From Octopus vulgaris (lineage: Eukaryota): a stretch of DNA of 64,000 nt. The stretch is from assembly GCA_951406725.2 (NCBI GenBank), contig OX597828.1, positions 58,342,001 through 58,406,000 of the forward strand, in the 5' to 3' direction. Shown here in pieces: positions 1-16,214 of this stretch; position 1 is the first letter of the stretch, and each line of letters starts with the position of its first letter. The notes beneath the pieces are model-generated. The model worked only from the letters and a program-made list of their open reading frames with translations. It did not search any database and had not been told where the DNA came from. Made by a program: the position numbers and the translations under genes.

Positions 1-163
1 AGGCTAATTGTAAAAATTATTGTAAAAGTAAACATTTTCTAAGCTTTTCAAATGTTTGCTATCAACAGTCATGTCAACTTAATGAAAAGAGCAATTCATT
101 ATATTCCAGACACCTTATATTCCTAATCGTTCTGTAATAAAATGTTATTGCTTCTTATTTCAG

Positions 164-189
164 CTGAATTGGCTGAAAAAAAAAAAAAG
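164..189 (+). CDS. Candidate 26-nt coding microexon (xELAEKKKK)
   Basis: Acceptor cttcttatttcag ends at 163, donor GTGAAG starts at 190, and the frame is open (phase 1 in, phase 0 out). No homology recognised. Confidence 0.3.
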
Positions 190-244
190 GTGAAGTATCT
201 CGTTAGTATTCAGTGTGTAGTCTTTTTAATCAGTTTTCTAATAT

Positions 245-430
245 TGATTTCAAATTTTGACAGAAGGCCAGAAATTTTTGGGGACAGGATAAATTGATTA
301 CATTGACCTCCGTACTCAACTGGTACTTATTATATTGACTGCAGCAGAATTTGAAATTAGAACATAAAAACATGAAATTCCACTAAGCATTTTATTCAGT
401 GTGCTAACGATTCTGCCAGCTCACTGCTTT
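245..430 (-). mobile_element. SINE family A (tRNA-derived, GCCTTTCATCC..GTCGATAAA..AGTACCAG core), decayed copy
   Basis: Matches the reverse complement of the copies at 8221 and 34890. Confidence 0.75.
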
Positions 431-1041
431 ACCATTAATTTTCTAATATTTGTGAATTTTTCCAATTCCAGAGGTATCATAAATATTGAGTGAGAGAAGT
501 ATTGTTATTTTAGCTGAAGAGTTGTATATTCATATACCAGAATTGCTATACCCTGGATAAGGGACTAAATGTTTTCTGCAATATTTGCCAGTGAAAATCA
601 CTCAGAAAGTAGTTTGGTGTTAACATCAACTTCTGTATGATAATAGAAATTATTCAGTTGAACTTCATTTCATTTTGGTAGCAACATCTACTATTTATTT
701 TAACCTCTTATACGCACACAATCTCACATTCTATTGAATTCATTTTTTCCATTTATTACATTTAGTAGCACTAAGTTGTTAGTACTGAAAAACTGATCAC
801 CACAGTCAATACCACTTTCAGAATATCTTCATATTCTGCTATAAAAAATTTTTTGTCTCTGAGCTTCTGGTAAAATCAAAGAATACCAAGGTGATATCAA
901 TGGAAGAATTTTTATTTCTGATTTACCATTTATTTCTAGGCCAGTTCTAGGGACATATCCAAGAATAAGATACCTGACTAATCAGATATCAAACATAATA
1001 TTGATGGGCTTCAAGCTATCACAACAAAGAATGATTTGATA

Positions 1042-1098
1042 TTGTGTACTATGCTTATGTTGTAGGTACCTGTGTACTATGCTTATGTTGTAGGTACC
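1042..1098. repeat. Tandem duplication of TGTGTACTATGCTTATGTTGTAGGTACC (2 copies)
   Basis: Seen directly. Confidence 0.85.
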
Positions 1099-1188
1099 AA
1101 TGTACCATGCTTTTGTAGTTGTAATTATCCAAATCCATAGAATAGTTAATAGATACTGTCTTTCCACCCTTGATTCAGTGGAACACCC

Positions 1189-1390
1189 ATCATCATCATT
1201 TAATGCCCGTTTTCTGTGCTAGCACGGGTTGGATGGTTTGACCGGGGTCTGGGAAGCCAGGAGGCTGCACCAGGCTTCAGTCTGATCTGGCAGTGTTTCT
1301 ACAGCTGGATGCCCTTCCTAACGCCAACCACTCCGTGAGTGTAGTGGGTGCTTTTTACGTGCCAGGGGAGGCTGGCAGCAGCCACGACCT
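1189..1390 (-). mobile_element. SINE-like family C, 3' part with (ATG)n tail
   Basis: Same sequence at 22197-22630, 45970-46130, 53605-53760 and 63735-63960, and in the opposite orientation at 5035-5395 and 40340-40805. Confidence 0.8.
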
Positions 1391-1768
1391 GTAATAATTT
1401 AAGGGAAAGAAGGCTGTATCAGTACTGGGCCTGGGTACTTGATTTATTAGATGCTCCCTCCTTCCAACAAAAGAATGAAAGGTATAGTTGACCATTGCAG
1501 GAACTGAACTGAGTCCTTTCGTCTCTAAAGCTAAGGTTAACAAGTTTAAGAGTCTGCAAAAATATATTTTTGCATTAACAACTCATTGCAAGCATTTTGA
1601 GTATTTCATGATTTCATTCGTTTTCATTTTGGTCATTAGTAAAACTAATGGAATCAATAGTTTTTCATTATTGCCAAGCATAAAAACAGATCTCATTCTA
1701 AACTCCTGCATTAAGAAAAGACGCTACGGAATATTTTTTTAGTTTCTTTTCTCATCACTTTCCTCATT

Positions 1769-1802
1769 GCACGCGCGCACGCACACACACACACGCACAC
1801 GC

Positions 1803-1833
<31 letters not shown>

Positions 1834-1844
1834 GAGAGAGAGAG
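1769..1844. repeat. (CA)n/(GA)n microsatellite
   Basis: Seen directly. Confidence 0.95.
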
Positions 1845-2434
1845 AAAATCTCATTTTATAAGTTCATTCTAAGTGCTATCTGGTTTCTTTTTCAATGTAC
1901 TTTTGGGCTGTAAATTTTGTTTTTACAAAATACTTGTTAAACCTGTTGAATAGACATAATTTTTATTCTGTTGCTTGATTTTTATTATAATATTTTTTCT
2001 ATTTATATATTTGTTTCGCTGGAAATATAATCAGCTGAACAATTATTATTGCTCTGATTCCAGGTGTATAATATTAAGGTCATCTTATGAATAACATAAT
2101 CTTTTCTACATGATCAGGTTATGTCATAGTACAACTTTATATCTGATACATATAAAATGCTTGTTGAAATTTTTTTTTTTTTGTGGCCAGTTATGATATT
2201 TGTGAAGAAGCATTTTAAAACAGCAAAGAAGTAAAAAAAAAAAATAACCATACAGGCACAGATGTAGCTGTGTGATAAGAAGTTTGCTTCCCAACCACCT
2301 GGTTCCTGGTTCAGTCCCACTTTTGACCAGTTTTCTAATATTGATTTCAAATTTTGGCTGAATATTGGGTGCCCAAGGGCTATAGTAGAATGCCCTTGCA
2401 CATAGTTGCAGTCCAGTGACTGAAACAAGTGAAT

Positions 2435-2997
2435 CAGTGGCTCTCAGGAAGAGTGTATGTCACCCCTGGGGGTCCATATTAGATTTAGGTGGGTGGTGGG
2501 GTCCATGCAAGCAAAATAGTAAATTGGGAATCCACAGTATTTTAAGGATTCATGAAAAACTTTTGCTTTAGATGTCTTTATTGCCAGAAGCAGCTATGTT
2601 TCTATCTCCAACATTTGAACATATCTCAGCCATATCATGTTGAATGCACTGGTTCTTGTCCAATCACTGAAGTTAAGCAGTGTTGAGCTTAACTAAAACC
2701 TAGACGGGTGACCACTTGGGAAACCTAGGTGCTGTAAGCATCTCAATTTTTCCATGGCAGTACTCTAGCATGACTGCAGCTGCGTGGCTGAAATGAATAA
2801 AAGAATAACAATGTTTCCAGGTTCTCCCAGTGAGTGCCATTGCAAACCCACACAAGTGAACATGTTATAGAAAAATTTGAATTTTGAAAGTTGTATTTAT
2901 AAAACTATTTTTTAAACATAAAATGGCCCTGAGGGCCTACCAGAATAAAATAGTAATCAAAGGGGTCCATAGGTAAAAAAACAGTTGAGAACCACTG
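2435..2997. mobile_element. hAT-like MITE (CAGTGG(T/C)TCTCA...TGAGAACCACTG termini) interrupted by a 5S-derived insert
   Basis: Terminal inverted repeats. Internal sequence is similar to 44273-44560. Confidence 0.6.
2622..2740 (+). pseudogene. 5S rRNA pseudogene or 5S-derived SINE head
   Basis: CAGCCATATCATGTTGAATGCACTGGTTCTTGTCCAATCACTGAAGTTAAGCA...GGGTGACCACTTGGGAAACCTAGGTGCTGTAAGC follows the metazoan 5S consensus, with many CG>TG/CA changes. Confidence 0.85.
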
Positions 2998-3340
2998 GGT
3001 AAAGATCCCCTTTGGTCATGAATGACCACGGGATTGCACCTAGAAAGTTACCCTCTGAGGCACAAAGTCCAGTCATGGTTGTTTATGGAAGAGCAGCAGT
3101 CCCCCATGCATACCAGACTCCCCTCTCCATATCAACTAATGTTATCCAAGGAAAAGGCAAAGGCCAATACAGCTTGGCACCAGTGATGCTGCAACTTGTT
3201 TCTACAGCTGAGTGAACTGGAGCAATGGGAAATCAAGTGTCTTGCTCAAAAATTCAACACACAGCCAGGTCAGAGAATTGAACTTGATAACTCCTGATTG
3301 TGAACCTGGCGCTCTAACCACTGAGTCATGCGCCTTCACT
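2998..3340 (-). mobile_element. tRNA-derived SINE family D
   Basis: A/B-box head at the 3340 end on the minus strand. Second copy at 59190-59490. Confidence 0.8.
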
Positions 3341-3687
3341 CCTGAAGTAAATTATAAGAGTTAACCAAAAATGCATCCATTCCAACTGCAACTAGATGTT
3401 GTTAATTTTATTAACAAAGAAAGCCCTATGTTATCACTTGGTTTGCTAGAAATAGCTGTTAAATCTCTCTCAAATTATACCTAACATATTAGAAATGGTT
3501 GGGATGTGGTGGTGGTGGTGGTGGGGGTCATTGAATGTTGTTGTAGATATACTATATTTGACTAAAAGATAGGGGACAGTCATAGAATGTCTTTGAGGTA
3601 AGAGATAAGAGTTTTGTAATAACCATATATGGTGTAAATGGGTGAGGGTGGGGGGAAACTTGCTGGGAATTGTTACCTTTATTTTAA

Positions 3688-3908
3688 CCCTTTAGCAGTT
3701 AAAGCAGCCATATCCAGCTTTTGGATATATTCTCTTATATGTTCAAACTAGCTAGATCCAGCCTCTCACACCTACCCTACAATGACATTGTAAAAATTAT
3801 TAATCACATCACTGAAATCTTGAAACTATAAAATAATGCATGATAGATTTCAAAATAGTCTAATTAACTAAGCATTACATTTGACTGAGTAATCTGAATG
3901 CTACAGGA
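3688..3908. mobile_element. TTAA-target (piggyBac-type) MITE family 2
   Basis: TTAA-CCCTTTAGCA...TGCTAAAGGG-TTAA consensus. Other copies at ~7362-7917, 16728-17368, 21399-21621, 23752-23970, 27400-27622, 51800-52015, 58530-58720 and 59579-59780. Confidence 0.8.
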
Positions 3909-4114
3909 TTGAAGTTTATCTCAGAATGAACAGCTGGGCCTCAGAAATAAGTAAAAGGAAGTTATTAAATCCGAGAGTTCAATAATTTGTCACAGATTGG
4001 GGTCTCTGCTAAAGGTATCTGTGCCAACTGGTGGTTTTAAACCTGGTAATGGATTAATTCGTCCACTATAAACTGATGATGTATGTAAATTGTACTTATT
4101 GGGAACTAAAAAAG

Positions 4115-4450
4115 ACTTGAAAACAAGCTTGTCAGTACATATATGACAAGGTTTCATGCAGTTCTCGGTCATTTTTGGCAACACAAAGCAGTGAGTGACT
4201 GAATGACAGTCTTCCTACAATCATCATGGTAATCAGAGAAAAACCAACGCATTATCTGCAAGACGCTGCTGGAGAAACAAGGATGTGAAATGTCCAAGGA
4301 TCTCCTTCTCTGAAAACCTATGCATGGACATAAAGATATTGGCAGACCAAGAAGAGCATATATTGATCAACCTGTGGAGACGCTGGATATGATGACTGCA
4401 ATGGAAGCTCAGGACATCTTGTCTGAGCAAGTTACCCAACTGGATAGATA
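4115..4450 (+). mobile_element. Decayed RTE-type LINE C-terminal fragment
   Basis: Frameshifted translation includes DLLL*KPMHGHKDIGRPRRAYIDQ, the GRP..(Y/W)ID motif of RTE ORF ends. Confidence 0.6.
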
Positions 4451-5034
4451 GAATAAATGGCTAGGAAGTAAAATTTGGTTGGGTACATCAACCGTTTTAG
4501 TCTTAATTTCTCTGATCACAGAAGCATTTAAAACTGTTTTGATGTAGAAAAGTTTGGTTGGTTACAAATATACAAAGCATATGGTTTGTCTGTTATTCAA
4601 ATTTACTCCAAATACAATTTTCATTTTATTTTTTTCTCACTTCTATCACAGGTAATATTTGACTTATAGATTTTTTTTTTTCCTTACCAAGAAATCTGTT
4701 AATGTTTAGCAGTTGTATAGCCAATGAAAGTCAGACAACTAATTAGCTAATCTAATCAGTTGGTGATTTGTTAGTAAATTATCCACAGCTATTGTAGTTG
4801 CTGTTTTGTTCAATGTATAAAAGTCTGACCTTTTACTTAACAATTAGTTATCTTTAAGATGAGATGATTATTAATTTCTTTTTTCCTTATTTTATTTTAT
4901 CAAATGATAAACAATCTTGAATTGCTGAAATGTCAGATATAGTTCTGATAATTATTGCTATTTGTTTAAATAAACTCTTCAAAATATGTAAATAATATTG
5001 TCAAAAGTGAAGCAGTGAAATATGATCTTCGGAT

Positions 5035-5395
5035 GTCAAGTCTCATGGAGGCGATAAGTGACACAGACTGTTGGTGATTTTGCTGTGCTTGAGAAGACAT
5101 ATCAAACTTAGTGGAATAATAGTTGGGGGTCACTGCCAGTGACACATTAAGGACACTTGTGCCAGTGACATGTTAAGGGCACCTATGCTAGTAACATGTT
5201 AAAGGGACCCATGCCAGTGACATGTTAAAAGCACCAACTACACTCTTTGGAGTGGTTGGCATAGGAAGGATATCCAGCCATAGAAACTAAGCCAAACCAG
5301 ACTGGAACCTGGTGCAGCTCTCTGGCTTACCAGTTTCAGCCAAACCATCTAACCCATGCAAGCATGGAGAATGGACACTAAATGATGATGATGAG
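5035..5395 (+). mobile_element. SINE-like family C with internal GCCAGTGACA subrepeats
   Basis: Homologous to 40340-40805. Ends in a (GAT)n tail. Confidence 0.75.
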
Positions 5396-6119
5396 AGCTG
5401 TTTAGGAATGTAGAAGAAAGTATGATTATTGGATATATTGTTGGTAGATGCTTGAGTCCGTGAAAGACAATTCCACAATTTCTTGCTGAGCAAACTGCAC
5501 AAGTTTGGTTTGCTTGTAGTGATAAAGCGTTTCTGCTGTACATGAGCTCACTGTCTCCATCAAATTGACATTGCCTGTATAGGTGCTATTCTGTGCCACA
5601 TGCCAGATGTTGAAACAATCACAAAACAGCATGAGATGATGTTTTGCTTAAGAACACAATGCAGCATCCAGGTCCAGGAAATGAAACCATAATCATGAAA
5701 TCAAGGTTTCAAGGGTAACACCCTAACCACTAGGCTATGGGTCTTCACAAATATATCTATTGGTTTTAACAAGCCTTAATTTGGAATTGAAACATAAAAC
5801 ACATTTTTTGAGATAATCTGTTTTTTTTTTGCATTAAGTGTCTCTCATTAATTTCCTGTACTGTAATGGTAAGTTCAGTGAATCATAAGAAACGTTTGCA
5901 GATCTATTTGTGTGTCTCGCCAGACCAAATTCTGTTCTCACTGTCTCTATTGTTATAAAACCCACCCGTATTTAGAATTGGTTTTGTATAATATGTCTCT
6001 TTACCTAAATTACTAATGATCTTTTTTTTAGACTTTCTGGGAACTTCATTTTGACCATTTAGGAAAGGACCTTTAGAAAGAAAGCAGTCCTAACCTGCAA
6101 AACTCAAATTAAACATTAA

Positions 6120-6340
6120 CCCTTTCATTACTGAATTTATTTTGAGATGCTCAGTGTTTCTTCCAATTATGTTAAATATAACAAAGAATTAAGTAAAATA
6201 ACATCGTTATCATTAAGCTAGAGTTAGGGACATAAATTGTGACTAAGGTTTGGTGGAAGGTTTTAATTCAGAACTTTTGAAAACCAGACATTTGTACTAA
6301 AGAGCCAGAGCCGGTTTCAGCCGGGTTGGTAACGAAAGGG
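6120..6340. mobile_element. TTAA-target (piggyBac-type) MITE family 1
   Basis: TTAA at 6116-6119 and 6341-6344. TIR CCCTTTC(A/G)TTAC/GTAACGAAAGGG. Copies at 19755-19972 and 21069-21288. Confidence 0.9.
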
Positions 6341-6419
6341 TTAACTTCCTTAATTAATATCTCACTTTGTCTCTAATTGCCATATGAGGCGCGTCTATAA
6401 CATCAGTGGGACCATTATT

Positions 6420-6752
6420 CCAGTTTGAAGAGTTTAGTCAAACATATTTATCTCAGTACTTAAAGGTCTGGTATTTTATCACTCTCTTAAGCTAAACTGC
6501 TATGTTATGGGGAACATAAACAAACCAACACAGGTTAAGTGGTGTTGGTGGTGGTGGGGGGAACAAACACAAAGGCACACACACTCATACATGTATGATG
6601 GGCTTCCACAGAGTTTTCATCTACCAAATTCACTCAAGTCATTGGTCAGCTGGTTTATAGTAGAAAACCCTTAACCAAAGTGTTACACAGTGGGACTGAA
6701 CCTGAAACCATGTTATAGCAAACTTAGCTTCTTAACCATACAGACATGACTG
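6420..6752 (-). mobile_element. SINE family B, decayed
   Basis: Homologous to 43475-43918. Confidence 0.7.
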
Positions 6753-7394
6753 TAACTAAATTTGTATGATAATTAGCATGAGAAATAATTAAAAACTGTA
6801 TTCCACATATGACATATTTTACAAAATTTCCTAAGAATCCAGTGCTATTTTAAATATTCCCAACTTTTTCCTTCCATTTTAAAAATTTGTAAGGTTTCAA
6901 TATCTTTTTGCTAATTACTAAATATCAAATAAGTGTTTTGAATATTATCATTTATAAATTAGTACTTAGGTTTTATGGTAATTTAAGTATCCAGAACTGC
7001 TTCAAACCACAGTTAAACTAACTCTCTCCATGGAATGTGATTTATTAGCTTATTTTCTGATTATTTATATTTTCTGTTTTATACTTGGAGCACTGGGGTC
7101 AATTGTAATTGACTTAATTATTCCTGGGTAAGAGTCTATTGCCAAACCGTGTCGAGCCAGTGTAGCAGAGCAGAGTAGGCTCATCAAACCAGTATGGTCT
7201 GAAGTTCAGTCTTATAGTTTCTGCATAACACAGTGGTTGCTGGAGAGAACCTGCTTAGGCCTTCGTCCTGTGGTCGAATGAACATAGGCAATCCATTCTA
7301 ATACTTGGATTAGTAGCCTTTTTTTGGCCCTATTCTGTTATTTGATCAAGATAGTATTGAACACTTTAACATGCAGATTACTCTGTCAAATGTA

Positions 7395-7726
7395 GTAGGT
7401 AGGAGCACTCCGTCGGTTACGACGACGAGGGTCCCAGCTGATACAATCAACGGAACAGCCTGCTCGAGAAATTAACGTGCAAGTGGCTGAGTACTCCACA
7501 GTCACGTATACCCTTAATGTAGTTCACAAGGATATTCAGCGTGACACAAAGTGTGACAAGGCTGGCCCTTTGAAATACAGGTACTACTCATTTTTGCCAG
7601 TTGAGTGGATTGGAGCAATGTGAAATAAAGTGTCTTGCTCAAGGACACAACGGTTCACCAGGAATTGAACTCACAACCTTATGATCTGAGCCGAATGCCC
7701 TAACCACTAAGCCACGCGCCCTCATG
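7395..7726 (-). mobile_element. tRNA-derived SINE family E inserted into a family-2 MITE
   Basis: 15-bp TSD ACTCTGTCAAATGTA at 7380-7394 and 7727-7741. A/B-box head at the right end. Confidence 0.85.
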
Positions 7727-8220
7727 ACTCTGTCAAATGTAATGCTTATTTATTCACATTGTTTTGAATCAATCATGCATTACCTTGTAGCTTTGAGATT
7801 TTGATGATGTGACTGTTTATTTTTAGAATAACATTGTAGAGTAGGTGTGAGAGGCTGATCTGGCCAGTTTGAACATATATATTTGATTTGGATATGGCTG
7901 GTTTAAATGCTAAAGAGTTGATATAATGTGACTAAATTTTGACAGTAAAACTTCACAGTAAGTCTTGTTAAAACAACCATTGTTAGTCAATGTGTCTATT
8001 TTTTTGGCTTTGTTCAAACATTTAACACCTGGTAAAGAAGTAAAAACAAATTTAAGAGAAATATTTATACTCTCACTAAAGTTGGTTTTAATAATAATGC
8101 TCTCTCATTGTTGGGCAACAGTGAGATCTTTCAATAGCTGTCAGAAACCACAGTAGTGGCTGTGTAGTGCTTTTACCAGCTCTACGCTTGAAATTTACTT
8201 CAAACCAGCAGATTGATTTA

Positions 8221-8438
8221 AAGGTGGGGAGTTGGCAGAATCATTAGCATGCTGGGCGAAAATCTTAGTGGTATATCGTCTACTGCTACGTTCTGAGTTC
8301 AAATTCCGCTGAGGTCAACTTAGCCTTTCATCCTTTCGGGGTCGAATAAATAAGTACCAGTTACGCACTGGGTAATCGACTTAATCCCTTTGTTTGTCCC
8401 CTCTATGTTTAGCCTCTTGTGGGCAATTAAGAAATAAG
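8221..8438 (+). mobile_element. SINE family A, full length
   Basis: GGTGGGGAGTTGGCAGAA...GAGTTCAAATTCC head, conserved core, AAGAAATA tail, near-TSD AGAT(T/A)GATTTA. Confidence 0.85.
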
Positions 8439-9727
8439 ATAGATTTACAGGTTTCATAGAAATATTTCAGATTAATATATGTATCTCTTAATATCACCTT
8501 TGCTATTTCAAAATGGTTTTGGAAGTATTTCTGTTAATCAATAAGATTAATATTTAAGATGAAATGGTTATATTTAAGCTGAAGAGATTATATTCAAAAT
8601 AGATCACTCTTGTAGGTGCCACAAATGTGTTTGTTTTTAGCCCTTTGTAAGAAGTCTTGATAGTTGGGGCAATAATCTATTTGTTTACTTCTCAAATAAT
8701 AGCGAATTTTTATCCAAGAAGTTTTTGCATATCTTTTGACCAGACACTGCCACTTATCTATGCCTACCTTTCTACAAATTATGTACATCAGTGAACTTCT
8801 TTTTAGCAGCAGATCAGAGCTTGATAAGTAAATTCAGGATTGTGTATTCTTTAAGCTAAACTTGGAAACTTCTGCCAGGTTGTAGAAGTAAAAAAAAAGT
8901 GCACAAGAAATACTTCACTAAAATCTTTTAAGATAAGAACTTGCAGAATAAGAAATAAATAGTGTAAAATCAATCATATTTTGACCTCAATTTCAGATAA
9001 ACTCAAACTTTAAATATTGATCCTAATGTGAGTAGCATGAAGATTCTCCTAATGAGTGTAAATAAAATCTGGTTATCAAACTGGTCAAAAGATGCAATTG
9101 TTTCTAAACGAAGCTATGAGTAAAAGCTTTTGAAATTTAAATTTGTTATTTGATAGTTTAATTGGTATGAATAGTATAACATTCAATAGTATTTGTGTCT
9201 GTTTATTTTCCATTGTTCAGTGATTCATATATCTAGTATTTTTATGTAGACAGTTGTTTATATTTCAAGTAGTTTATTGCATTTAGGACAGCAGCTGGTC
9301 AAAATACAAGCAGTAAATTAGTTTTATTATTTTTTTTCCCCTCTTTTTGTTGCGATACATTATTTATTCTAATGTAAATACTTAGGAGAAGAATAGGATT
9401 AAAATTTGATTGGGTCATGGACTTTTCAATTTTGTTTAACACATTAATGCATAGCATCCAGAAAAATGGATCCAGGAAAAATTACCATTACTTGTTTCAT
9501 ACGTGTGTATAGTTGGTTTGTTTGTATGCAGCACCTACTCACTTATAGAGTACTAGTTTAGAGGCAGACTATACCAATAGTTTACTTAACAGGCAATAGT
9601 AATTTTTCCTGTGTCCATTTTTCTGGACACTATGCATTAATAGGTTAAAGTCCACACTGAAATGTGAGTATGCATGCCTATACAATTCTCTGCATTATGT
9701 ATGCATGCAGATGTGCAAAAATGTGCA

Positions 9728-13674
<3,947 letters not shown>

Positions 13675-13900
13675 CTTTACTTTGATACTTTGATACTTTG
13701 ATAGGTTTCGGCCATTATTGGCCCAGGCCATGTCTAACTTAATAGCACCACCTGGTGAAGTCTTTCAAGTCAGAATTTGGGCACTATGGCCCACTCAAGT
13801 AGAGAGTTATTGTTTACAGAGACATATCCGGGTGTAGGGGGTTTATCCGGGATTTCTTGAAGGAATCTGTCCAAAGACTTCTTGAACCCTATAGGGTCAG
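13675..13900 (-). mobile_element. 5'-truncated CR1-clade LINE 3' end inserted in the microsatellite
   Basis: ORF end DPIGFKKSLDRFLQEIPDKPPTPGYVSVNNNSLLEWAIVPKF*, a short 3' UTR and an 8-mer tail (ATCAAAGT)x3 at 13679-13702. Confidence 0.75.
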
Positions 13901-13967
13901 TATGTATGTATGTATATATATATATGTATGTATGTATGTATATGTATGTATGTATGTATGTATATAT

Positions 13968-14175
13968 AGTCAATCCAAACATGAACGAGCAAGAAAAAAC
14001 AACAACGCAAGAACGTGGAATATGTAGAATGTTATTGGACAGTCAGAAAAGGAAAGGAAAGGAAAGAGGATTTCACGTTTTGAGTAGAAGCTCTTCATCA
14101 GAAATATAGAAAAAGTTCAAAGAAGGGAAGACGGGGAAAGAAAATCTCCAATGATACACACATGGTCATATATTG

Positions 14176-14178
<3 letters not shown>
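13968..14178 (-). mobile_element. Penelope-like element remnant with a decayed minimal hammerhead (14070-14105)
   Basis: Minus strand reads ATTT-CTGATGA-A-GAGC-TTCT-ACTC-AAAA-CG-TG-AAAT. Flanked by TA repeats. Confidence 0.55.
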
Positions 14179-14215
<37 letters not shown>

Positions 14216-14469
14216 TCACACTGTTGTTACTTATCTTCAGTGAGGTCAGCCATGATTAGGCAGATGTATAATCAAAGGTGTTGCAGCTAGGACTATCCTT
14301 CATTAATAATTTGTGTGTGTGTGTATTTATAAGAATCTTTCTTTATAAACCCAACCTTTTTTTATAAAAAAGGTTGGGTTGATATAAATTTTATGTGAAT
14401 TGGTATTTAACTCTGTTTCAAACAGTATGGAAGCAAACATCTGCACATTCATACACACACACATACATA

Positions 14470-14850
14470 TCCAGTGTGGCTATGTGGCAAGAAACTTCTT
14501 TCTCTACCACTTGTTTCCAGGTTCAGTCCCACTGCATGGCACCTTGGACAAGTGTCTTGTACTATAGCTTTGGGCTGACCAAAGCCTTGTGAGTGGTTTT
14601 GGTAGAGGGAAACTGAAAGAAGCCTGTCGTGTGTGTGTGTCTGTCTGTCTCTGTCCCACCACTGCTTGACAAACTGTTGGTGTGGTTACGTCCCTGTAAC
14701 TTAGCAGTTCGGCAAGAGAGACCAATAGAATAAGTACCAGGCTTAACAGAAATTAGCACTGGGGTCGATTGCTTCGGCTAAAAATTCTTCAAAGTAGTGC
14801 TCCAGCATGGCCTCAGTCTAATGACTGAATCAAGTAAAAGATAAAAGATA
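14470..14850 (+). mobile_element. SINE family B, full length
   Basis: tRNA-like head (GGTTCAGTCCC), ACCTTGG(A/G)CAAGTGTC core, internal (GT)n and tail ...CCAGCATGGCC...GACTGAA..AAGTAAAAG. Confidence 0.85.
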
Positions 14851-15048
14851 TACCTGCATAAACATAACACACACTTGATAGGCTTTCTGCATTTTCTATT
14901 TGTCGGATTCCATCAACATTGGTCATTCTGGGGCTATAGTAGAAGACGACTCCCCAAGGTACCATGCAGAGGGACTGAACCCAAAACCATATGGTTGCAG
15001 AGTGAGTTTCTTAACTACACAGCCATGCCTATATCTATTGTGCTGTAT

Positions 15049-15118
15049 GTGCATGCACCCCACCTTCTGTGCATGCACCCCACCTTCTGTGCACGCACCC
15101 CACCTTCTGTGCATGCAC
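15049..15118. repeat. 20-bp minisatellite (GTGCATGCACCCCACCTTCT) x~3.5
   Basis: Seen directly. Confidence 0.9.
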
Positions 15119-15234
15119 ATAGACACGCATGGACTGCATTGTCTTTGTCCTTCCTTTTTAAAGAGAGTTGGCTGCTGCTTTAAGCAGGTTGAGTAATCAC
15201 ATAGATCTATCATTGGTTTGTCATATATACCTAT

Positions 15235-15542
15235 GGAGGCACATGGCCTAGGGGTTAGAGCACTGGACTTGCGGTCGAGGGATTGCGGGTTCGAATTTCA
15301 GACCGGGCGATGCGTGCGTTTACGAGCGAAACACCTAAGCTCCACGCGGCTTCGGCAGAAGGTAATGGCGAACTTCTGCTGACTCTTTCGCTACAACTTT
15401 CTCTCACTCTTTCCTCCTGCATCTTGCAGCTCACCTGCAACGGACCGGTGTCCCGTCCAGGTGGGGAACCTATATGCCAAGGAAACCGGGAAACCGGCCC
15501 TTATGAGCCAGGCATGGCTTGAGAAGGAACAAACAACAACAA
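15235..15542 (+). mobile_element. tRNA-derived SINE family F, young
   Basis: A box TGGCCTAGGGG, B box GGTTCGAATTT, (AAC)n tail, 13-bp TSD CATATATACCTAT. Second copy at 41742-42033. Confidence 0.9.
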
Positions 15543-16170
15543 CATATATACCTATATGGATCCCTTTCAGAGATATTTTCTTTCTAAGTTGAAGAATTCC
15601 AAGAAATGCAAAGTGAATGAAAGGGTGTCTGCCTCTTCTTATTGTTTCTTAAAAGAGAACAACATGGCCTTCACTTCTTCTATAGCATTATCTTAAACAA
15701 AAAGCAATGTTTTTTTTTTTTTGTTTTGACATTGTAAATAGAATCTTTGTTGCATAGAGGGTAGTTTGAATTGGTGCCAAAGTAATTTGTCACGTTTTTG
15801 TTATTTACTTATATACTCATTTATATGAACAAATGACAGAATTCTGGTTACTGCACTTTTAGACATATTCTCTGTCACTGATTTTATTTTGTTTTAGTTT
15901 TTTACTATATTTGTGCTTCTATTCATGTAGAACTGGCACGTATTATAAATTTGCATGGTGAATTAATCCAAATAAAACTTAATCTTGTGCAAGTAAAATT
16001 TATATAGCATCGTTTATTTATATTTGTTTTTTTTTTTTTTTTTTTTACCTAAAGTGAAACCATCCTTCATTATTTTGGTTATAAAATCAATAACTCAATT
16101 TGTAACACGAACAATGTTGTCCTTCACCAGCTTGTAGTTCACAAAAGATTTGTTCAGTAAAATTTAATGA

Positions 16171-16214
<44 letters not shown>

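Noticed and set aside
14348-14380. 15-bp-arm hairpin AACCCAACCTTTTTT/AAAAAAGGTTGGGTT
   Set aside because: Short and low in complexity. Probably a local repair scar, and not an intrinsic terminator in a eukaryote.
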